A stretch of 62,903 bases of DNA, filler included, from Stramenopiles sp. TOSAG23-3 (taxonomy: Eukaryota): assembly GCA_900128585.1 (NCBI GenBank). It is 9 parts of 9 records of this genome, joined end to end, with 100 filler letters (N's around TTAATTAATTAA, not from the genome) between each part and the next. Parts side by side here need not be neighbours in the genome. Positions count along the whole stretch, not along the records: positions 17,122 to 25,573 come from LT643018.1; positions 25,674 to 34,112 come from LT643019.1; 7 more parts are not named here. One strand, 5' to 3'. Position 1 is the stretch's first letter. Each line of letters starts with the position of its first letter. This document shows, piece after piece, positions 22,994 to 30,378 of this stretch. Position numbers and translations under genes: made by a program. The notes beneath the pieces are model-generated. The model did no database searches, was not told the DNA's origin, and saw nothing but the letters and a program-made list of their open reading frames with translations.

Positions 22994-23911
22994 ATGGTTC
23001 TACTTGTTCTTTTTTCTCTTCTTTTGTTGTTGTCTGTTCACCCTGACGGTCCAGTTTTCGTGTCCGCTGCAGAAGTTGAAAAGACGTTTTATTTAGATGG
23101 TGACCATTCCAGGGAAGCGTTCTGGAAGAATGGGCCGATACTTCCTGAAACGGATAGGTACAACCGACCAAACCAGGCGAGTTATTTTTGGCGAAGCAAC
23201 GGGCGGCACCCGTACGCAGAGTTCCCGTCCCTGGACTCCTTGCCCATGGACAGCTTTTCTGTAGCGATATGGGTCAAAATTGAGACGAGTGCCGCTGGCG
23301 GGGTGATCTGGGACATGGAGTGCAAGAACTGCATCGACCGTTGCCCGGCGTCGGTTCGGTTGGTCGCCACGAAGCAGGGCGCACATGTTTTCGTCATCCC
23401 CGTGAACAAGGAGGGGGACGAGGCCCTCTGTGGACTTCGGGCCCAGCGTCCCCGGATAGTCAACACGATCACACGGCTCCTGACCAACACGTGGCGGCAC
23501 GTTGCGGTCGTCTTGGATGCGAAATCAGGACGTTTCGAACTGTACGTGGACGGCAAGCTCGATGGGTTCGTCGAAGGGGCCGTTAAGTTCGACGTCCTCG
23601 CTGCGAGAACGATTGGTAATTTCGTCGTGGGGCGGCAAGTTTTTCAAGGGAGCGGCGCCATGCCTGCAGCGTACGACGACCTTCGGGTGTGGAACTACCC
23701 CATCTCCAAATCGACGATTGAAAATCTTGCAAAGGTGGACTGCCAAGCGTCCGAATGGACCAGCTGGGGAAAGTGCACGGTGAACTCCCCAAAGTCATAC
23801 GCGGAGAAAACGCGTACAAGAACCATCGTGCTTCAACCAATGAACGGGGGCAAAGCCTGCCCTACGGTCTTGCACGAAACCGAGAAGTGTGACCTACGCA
23901 TCAATCTGTGA
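22994..23911 (+). CDS. Secreted LamG/concanavalin-like + thrombospondin type-1 (spondin-like) protein
   Basis: Signal peptide. FSVAIWVK, WRHVAVV, LYVDGKL, DDLRVWN. TSP1: DCQASEWTSWGKC...RTRTIVLQPMNGGKACP. Confidence 0.88.
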   Translation: MVLLVLFSLLLLLSVHPDGPVFVSAAEVEKTFYLDGDHSREAFWKNGPILPETDRYNRPNQASYFWRSNGRHPYAEFPSLDSLPMDSFSVAIWVKIETSAAGGVIWDMECKNCIDRCPASVRLVATKQGAHVFVIPVNKEGDEALCGLRAQRPRIVNTITRLLTNTWRHVAVVLDAKSGRFELYVDGKLDGFVEGAVKFDVLAARTIGNFVVGRQVFQGSGAMPAAYDDLRVWNYPISKSTIENLAKVDCQASEWTSWGKCTVNSPKSYAEKTRTRTIVLQPMNGGKACPTVLHETEKCDLRINL

Positions 23912-24473
23912 TGTATGTCCAATAAATAGGTTTCCCGTGCAAGTGGGTGTCGAGTAGATCGAACGAAACGTGCATTCATATAGTGAAGGAACGATGGACG
24001 TGGAACTGCAAAACAAACGCAAAAGAGAAAACCTCTCTCTATATATAGTATAAGTGAGTTGTTGAAATAATAATAATAATTAATGGTTTTAGCAATCTCC
24101 CTCTTTCTTCTTCCGTCTCAAAACCAATAATCCATTTACTTTAAATACATAGTATGGATAAATAAATATACTTTAATATAAATAATACAATTTTAAACCT
24201 TTTAATGTAAACAAAGTAGTTCTATCTTTTTTTTTTCACGCACTGAGATTTCTTCTTTTTTTTTTTCTTCTTTTTTTTCTTCTTCTTTTTTTTTTGGTGA
24301 AAACAATTTGTTTTGAATTTATATAGTAGATATGTATAAAAACGTATAGACTTGTGGTCATACTAAACACTAAATTAAATACGAAGATGGACTCAGTACA
24401 TTGTTTTCATTTGTGCTCTGTACCCGTTCCGTTGCATACCACTCTAGTTCTCCGTTGTTTTCTTCTTTTGAAA

Positions 24474-25573
24474 ATGGCAACAATCTTGACGGCTTCGTCG
24501 TCCTCTACGTCGGCAGTCGAGGACGCTGTTCGAGCAATTAGGGCGGCGGCGTTCGATGTTGACGCAAGGATTGCAGTTGTCACGTTGATGAAAATTATTA
24601 AGAATGTGCTAGTATCGGAAATAGGGGAGACAAAGTATAGAAACGTTCGTTTAGACAATGCAAACTTTCAAGCCCGGGTGGGTCGCGTAAAGGGGGGCTT
24701 GGCGCTGCTCGAAGCTGTTCATTTCGAAACTTCATCGGACGGGAACTTCTTGGTGCTCTCTCCCATCAACGAAGCTACGGCCGACCTGTTGTCCGCGATG
24801 AAGCGGTTGGACGCGGAAGGCATTGTGCTGGACTTGGGGGACCAGGAACGGCCACGTGTCCCGTCGCTGGATGAGATCAAGTGCGGCGCGGGCAGGTCCT
24901 CGTCGTCCTCTGCCCGTGCCCCGTCCTCGCGCACCGCCAGGGAGAAAGTCGACGCGGCAGTAAAGCAGATCCGCGCGTCTGCCTTTGACATCGATGCGAA
25001 GGTCACCGTCCTTACGTTGATGAAAATGACCCGGAACGTCCTGGTAACCCCGTCGTTCGACGAGAAGAAACGGACTGTTCGTGTCAACAACCAAGCCTTT
25101 CACGCGAAAGTAGGCCGCGTGCGTGGCGGCCTGGACTTTTTGCTCGCGATTGGGTTTGCACCTACGGACGGCAATCAGCGGTTCGTCCTTTCCCCGGAAC
25201 GGGAGGACAAGGAAGCCCTGTACGAAGCAATGACGCGGCTGAACGCGGAGGCCGGGGCGTTGGAAATCCCACCCCAGGATCGACCGACGTTGCCGACGAA
25301 GGACGAGGTCACCAGGGCGTCGAGTGCGACGAGGGAGGTCACGAAGGCAGTCTCCAGCTTTGACCCGTACAAGACGAAAATCAAGCGTGTCACCCCGCAG
25401 CCCCGCCCAGGAAGCAAGGGGGGGAACAACAGCGGAAAGTCCGAAACGGAGATCAAGCTCGAACGGCTGCAGAAACGCCTGAAGGACCTGTTGGCCAAGC
25501 AGAAAGTCCCCGCGACGGATGCCGATCGGGGCATCCTAGTGTTTCGGCCCGGGCATGGCCCGAGCCGCGGCAG
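24474..25573 (+). CDS. Tandem PUB-domain protein (p97/Cdc48 cofactor-like), 3' truncated
   Basis: Two copies of TLMKxxxNVL...KxRxVRxxNxxFxxxVGRVxGGLxxLxAxxF. Confidence 0.85.
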
Positions 25574-25790
25574 NNNNNNNNNNNNNNNNNNNNNNNNNNN
25601 NNNNNNNNNNNNNNNNNTTAATTAATTAANNNNNNNNNNNNNNNNNNNNNNNNNNNNNNNNNNNNNNNNNNNNCATGACTCCGGACACAATTTTACTTGC
25701 GTGGGAACGTACGTTTCCAATACTGTCAAAAGAATATTCTATGTTCTGATTTCCTCTTCCCTTCGCCCCAAAGCATTGTCCTCTACGACC

Positions 25791-26967
25791 ATGTTTGACG
25801 ATTTGTGCCACGGCGGGGTAGGCAAGTATGCCTTTCCGGTGATGATGATGGGATCGTTGGCGCTTCACGTGTGGGACGTGGCGTCCGACATACTGGTGGC
25901 GATCCTCCTCTACCACGAAGACAAAGTATTCTTCGGCATATCGATAGGAGTGATGGTGTTGGGGAGTCTGTTTGGTAGTTTTGCGAGTGTGATCTTTGGG
26001 AGTTTGAAATCTAGAATGGAAGGTGGAAATGGCGGAAGCGAAAACGAAAATACTCCAGCCATTGACGCTTCCACCGTTGCCGGTTGCCTGTGCGGTCTGA
26101 CCCAGCTGGAAATCTTCGTCGATGCTTACTTCTCCATTCGGTTGGGGAAGAAAACGCAAGGCTTCGTTTTCACGCGCCTCTTTGAAGGAATGGTGGAAAG
26201 CGCCCCGCAATCCTTGCTCCAACTCTACATCGTCTTGAAACGTGCGGACGGCGTGATCGACGGGGAAGACGTCCTCCTCTTTGCGAGCATCGGCACGTCG
26301 GTGGTGTCGATGGCGGTCGGGGTAAGTCAGTTCGAACGGTGGAGTGTGAAAGGCGATAGGAAGTACGTTATCCCACTCTTTTCCCGATACAACGTTGCCC
26401 TGAACACCTACCATATGCTGGAGATTGCCGCACGAATGGGGCTGTTGGCGTGCGTCGGCATTGCGTGGAGCGGGTGGGCGATATTATAAGTGCGATGGGG
26501 CGTTTCTGGGAGCGCTCCTTGGTGTCGGTTGCCTTGCGTCCCAGTATTTTGGATTTTCGAGTGCTACTCCTGACATAATGCGAGACTACCTCAAATACCA
26601 CTGGCTTCCCAAAACTCTGGAAGGGTTCGTGATGATTCCGTTCATCGTCGTCAAACTGACCCAAGCGCACACCTACTCATTTATGCTCTTCAGCGTCATC
26701 GGGATGGCGTGCTTCGTGCTTCAATACGTCCCGCTGTTTTATCTGTTGAAATGGGCGAGCAATGCAACGAAAGATAGAGATGTCGATGATAAGTGCCCCC
26801 AACCAAGCGAGGTCTTCGTGTTCCCCTTCTGCTCCAAGAACTTGGACGATAGTGTAGGAGGAGTATTAAAATGGAAGGAATACGAAGCGCAGCAGAAAGA
26901 GAAAGAAGAGAAGAAGAAGAAAGAGGAAGAGAAAAAAATGACGAAAATAACCCCGGTCCAACCATAA
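25791..26967 (+). pseudogene. XK-related (XKR) membrane protein with a frame break at ~26487
   Basis: WDVASDILVAILLY and FEGMVESAPQSLLQLYI are XK motifs. TAA at 26487-26489; hydrophobic sequence continues in the +1 frame to 26967. Could be a pseudogene or an assembly error. Confidence 0.7.
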
Positions 26968-26982
26968 GTTAACTTCTAGATG

Positions 26983-26987
26983 AAAAA
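26983..26987 (-). terminator. Pol III-type T5 terminator
   Basis: TTTTT directly after the tRNA discriminator. It is the first run of 5 or more T on the minus strand downstream of 27615. Confidence 0.7.
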
Positions 26988-27059
26988 TTACACTGACTGG
27001 AGTCGAACCAGCTACCTCCGCGTTATGAATGCGGTGCTCTGCCGTTGAGCTACAATGTA
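26988..27059 (-). tRNA. tRNA with CAT anticodon (elongator Met-type fold)
   Basis: 72-nt cloverleaf: acceptor TACATTG/CAGTGTA, D arm GCTC-AACGGCA-GAGC, anticodon arm CCGCA-TTCATAA-CGCGG, T arm GCTGG-TTCGACT-CCAGT, discriminator A. No encoded CCA. Followed by T5. Confidence 0.92.
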
Positions 27060-27063
27060 TTGT

Positions 27064-27349
27064 GCACAAATGAGAAAGTGAACACTGTAAGATAGATGGA
27101 GAATAGGGTTACAGATTTGGACCTTATCTTTGTTAGTGGAGAGACTTTGTATGAAGAACCCTTTGGGTACTAGTCTTGTAGTTTACGATTCTACATCTCT
27201 TTTAGGCTTCACGCCCACGTCACCAACAATGATATTCCAACTACCGTATCGTTCAATACAACCTATATGATCGTACTCTACAACGCTACCTATCCCCCCG
27301 TTTGATTAGCTGGAGAGAAAAGGAACAGCATTCTTGGCTCATTCTGTGC
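27064..27349 (-). ncRNA. Putative ~286-nt structured RNA, family unassigned
   Basis: Nested long-range helices with several G-U pairs on the minus strand: 27349-27338/27074-27064, 27333-27325/27088-27080, 27294-27288/27097-27091, 27229-27221/27138-27130, plus local hairpins. Confidence 0.65.
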
Positions 27350-27434
27350 TGATGTGTCGAGGAGTCTAACCTCGATTCTAGACACGTTTCTAGTCGTCAA
27401 CGGACCACACCTTTACCACTTAGACCACATGGCA
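27347..27434 (-). ncRNA. tRNA-like element B
   Basis: A-box-like TGGTCTAAGTGG. Arm TGGTC-CGTTGAC-GACTA. T arm TCGAGG-TTAGACT-CCTCGA. Irregular acceptor stem. Confidence 0.6.
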
Positions 27435-27535
27435 TATATTATATATTCTTCTGTTTTTTTCCATATATATATATTAAATGTGTAAAAGAATCAAACTCTT
27501 ATGTCATCCATCAGGTCACATTCAGAGGTATCCCT

Positions 27536-27615
27536 CTGGGAAGAAAATAAAGGAGTCGAACCTTCCACCGAAGCACCGACAGATGCTAGGGTCAGCCATT
27601 GAAGTTTCCTTCCAG
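27536..27615 (-). ncRNA. tRNA-like element A
   Basis: Terminal stem GGAAGGAAA/TTTTCTTCC. T arm GAAGG-TTCGACT-CCTTT with perfect B-box GGTTCGACTCC. Central arm AGCAT-CTGTCG-GTGCT. Confidence 0.6.
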
Positions 27616-27631
27616 TAAATTAGAATTGTAC

Positions 27632-27638
27632 ATTTATA
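27632..27638 (-). promoter_or_regulatory. TATA box (TATAAAT) upstream of the ncRNA cassette
   Basis: Lies ~17-23 nt upstream of element A. A (TA)n tract at 27463-27474 lies ~30-40 nt upstream of element B. Confidence 0.45.
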
Positions 27639-27678
27639 CCCCAAAGTACTATTAATATCAGTTACTATTTTTAAAAGT

Positions 27679-27921
27679 ATGATCCGTAGTATACTTCATT
27701 TAAATAGGAGAACATTATTTTTAACTCAACCGTATTCCACTGTTAAACCGTACGAGGTGGCAGAATCGGAGGAGAGGGACTTACCATCACCAGATGAAGT
27801 AAACGAAGTAAAGCATCGAATCGATAATAAGAGCGAATACGACGATAATAATTACTTTGCGGAGCAGCTCGCCAGTGGCGAAAATTATTCCAATATAAAA
27901 CGTGACATAGGCAGAAAATAG
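27679..27921 (+). CDS. Small hypothetical protein (80 aa)
   Basis: ATG to TAG. R/L/S/T-rich acid-free N-terminus, then an acidic body. Divergent from the RNA cassette. Confidence 0.45.
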   Translation: MIRSILHLNRRTLFLTQPYSTVKPYEVAESEERDLPSPDEVNEVKHRIDNKSEYDDNNYFAEQLASGENYSNIKRDIGRK

Positions 27922-28115
27922 ATTGTGGAGGTATTAATAGCTACCATAATAGCAAAAAAAAAAAAAAGAAGAAGAAGATAAAAATGAATTGCATTTTTTG
28001 ATGCGGCGTGTTTTTTTTTTACAGAGTGCATGCAAATGTTTTATATCGGTGCATACTAGGAAAAAGAAAACACACACACACGCACACACAAACACTAACT
28101 TCATTCAGACAAACC

Positions 28116-29123
28116 ATGCTGCGAACCTTTCTCTTTCTGTGCTGCCTGTCCGCGGGCGCACACGCCAGAATGAGCTGGCCCGAAACAAAATACTCATACG
28201 TCGACCCGGTGTTCACTGCGTACAATCCATCAGACTATTCCATCGATACAAAGGCAATAGGCGCGTACGCAAAGCAGTCGGTTGACAGTGGGGTCAACGT
28301 GATCCTTTTGGGGGGGTCAACTGCGGAATGGCCTTCTTTGACCCAACAGGAACGGTTGGAGCTTTTGAAGGCGTGGCGAACGGCGGTCGATAGCTTGTCT
28401 TACTCGGAAGGGTCTGAGAAGCCGCAGATTCTCTTTCACGCGGGGGATATTTCAATTGCAGCGGCACAGACGTTGGCATCCAAGTCGAAAGAGTACGGTG
28501 CCGACGCCATTTTGATAGTTAGCCCTTGCATCATGAAGCCGCCCACGGTGCAGGACTTGGTGAGCACTATCAAGTCGATCGCCGGAATGGCCCCCAGCCT
28601 CCCGTCCGTTTATTACCACTATCCTGCACTCTACACAGTGGATTTTAAAATGGACGAATTCCTTGACCTTTCATCTGATCCAGTGCACGGGATCCCTACT
28701 TTGGCCGGGGTCAAGTACATCGACGGAGACATGAACACGTTCACCAATGCAACGGGTGTTGAAAATTCCTCCTACACCTTATTCAACAATGATCCTCTCC
28801 TTGCTGGGATGGCAGCCGGAAGCAAAGGAGCGATTTCGTACACAACGATTTTCCCGATGGTTCAGAAGATGAGAGCCGCGTACGAAAGCGGCGACATGGA
28901 CGCCGCGCGCAAAATTGAAAGGGACATAATCGAATATGGCGCGCTTATCAATACCTACGGCGCAAAGTCGGCTGCACGAAACTTACCAAAGCTTTTTGGA
29001 GGGCCCGACCTCGGCCCACCGCGACCGCCTCTTGTTCCTCAGACGCCAGAGCAGTTCAATTCGTTTAAGGCGGCCCTGGAAGCGGCTGGTTTTCTGCAAG
29101 GTGGCGACAAGTACTACTTGTAA
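28116..29123 (+). CDS. N-acetylneuraminate lyase / DHDPS-family class I aldolase with signal peptide
   Basis: GSTAEWPSLTQQER, GADAILIVSP, YYHYPALY, Schiff-base GVKY, LGPPRPPL. N-terminal MLRTFLFLCCLSAGAHA. Confidence 0.88.
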   Translation: MLRTFLFLCCLSAGAHARMSWPETKYSYVDPVFTAYNPSDYSIDTKAIGAYAKQSVDSGVNVILLGGSTAEWPSLTQQERLELLKAWRTAVDSLSYSEGSEKPQILFHAGDISIAAAQTLASKSKEYGADAILIVSPCIMKPPTVQDLVSTIKSIAGMAPSLPSVYYHYPALYTVDFKMDEFLDLSSDPVHGIPTLAGVKYIDGDMNTFTNATGVENSSYTLFNNDPLLAGMAAGSKGAISYTTIFPMVQKMRAAYESGDMDAARKIERDIIEYGALINTYGAKSAARNLPKLFGGPDLGPPRPPLVPQTPEQFNSFKAALEAAGFLQGGDKYYL

Positions 29124-29433
29124 AAAAATGAAACAGATTAATATTTTCCAAAGAAAATATGTGCATGCTTACGTTCAGTTCAGTTCACTACACAGTAATG
29201 TGAAATTGTGAGCTAGTTCCTGCAAAATCTGTGTGAGGAGAAAAGTAGTGATAACTACGACCTTGTAACTTAAACTTCGTGATTCATCAGGGAATGATAG
29301 TCAAGACAAGTGGACAAGTTTTTTTCATTAAAATAATATGATAAGGCATTTCCTACATATACTTTTTGTCTCATTTCTTATTTTCCCTTTTTTGTTGTTG
29401 AGATCAAAATATTATATTAATAAATATGATAAT

Positions 29434-29806
29434 CCTTCTTCGGGATGCCTGGTGGGAAAGGACCTATTTCTATAATTGACCTAATTGTCAATAGAATGGC
29501 AGGAGCCGTTCGGGAAGATATTCTAAGAGCTTAGTATAGACACAGGATACTTATTAATACTGTGTTTATGTATATCATAACTCTACACTTATATCAAAAT
29601 ATAGTATTGTATTAAGTACATAATCCTATCATTAATAATTGCATGAATGAGTGTGATCAGGAGAATGAACACAGGATGAATGACTATACTGTGTGTATAT
29701 ATAACCATAGCAACTCATCTGGAATGGTTCCTTCCATTCTATTGAGAATTAGGTTAATTATAGAAATAGGCCAATATGCCAGTTGCCAGGCATCTCGAAG
29801 GGAAGG
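29434..29806. repeat. Foldback element with ~80-nt imperfect inverted arms
   Basis: 29434-29510 is complementary to 29722-29806. Two internal ACACAG-N14-CTGTGT palindromes. Confidence 0.8.
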
Positions 29807-29870
29807 AAGGCCTTCTTCTCTTTTTTATTTTTATTATTATCATAGACTATTAGAATATATATTATAACAA

Positions 29871-29914
29871 CTTCTTTCTTTCTTTCTTTCTTTCGACTCT
29901 TTCTTTCTTTCGAC

Positions 29915-29951
<37 letters not shown>

Positions 29952-29976
29952 TTTCTTTCTTTCTTTCTTTCTTTCT
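29871..29976 (+). repeat. (TTTC)n microsatellite with GACTC interruptions; reverse-complement copy at ~42561-42638
   Basis: Read directly from the sequence. Confidence 0.9.
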
Positions 29977-30378
29977 TCTCTTTTTTATTTTTATTATTTA
30001 TTATTATACAACTTCTTTCTTTCTTCTCTTTTTTATTTTTTAAACTTTTATTCTATACTGTGTACCTGTTAATTTAGAGCGTATCTTTTTTGTGTGTGTC
30101 ATGTCACTCTATAACAACAACGCAATAAATAATAAAAAACAAGAAGAACACTCCTCATCATCATCACATCAAAGAAGACCTCGTACGGATGACATCATAT
30201 TTCAATGTGCTCTCCTTCTTCGTTCACATAGATTTATTACATGATAGAATTATCATATCAGATACAAAAATTAGTTAAATCAGGAGCATTTGTATGTATG
30301 CCCGTAAATCTAGAATTCATCAAAAGAGTGCCACGTTTTGCCCCAGGCGCACAGACGGCAGAGAAACGAAAATTTCGA

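Noticed and set aside
27104-27111. TAACCCTA in the large RNA as a telomerase template
   Set aside because: It is only 8 nt, lies near the 3' end and is partly paired in my model, with no downstream pseudoknot. Not excluded, but unsupported.
27117-27130. AAGATAAGGTCCAA resembling the group I intron S element
   Set aside because: There is no matching P7 partner in the right place, no interrupted host gene, and the adjacent tRNA is intact.
27536-27615. Element A as tRNA-Sec
   Set aside because: It has a 9-bp GGAAG-type stem but no TCA anticodon loop, no long D stem and no long variable arm.
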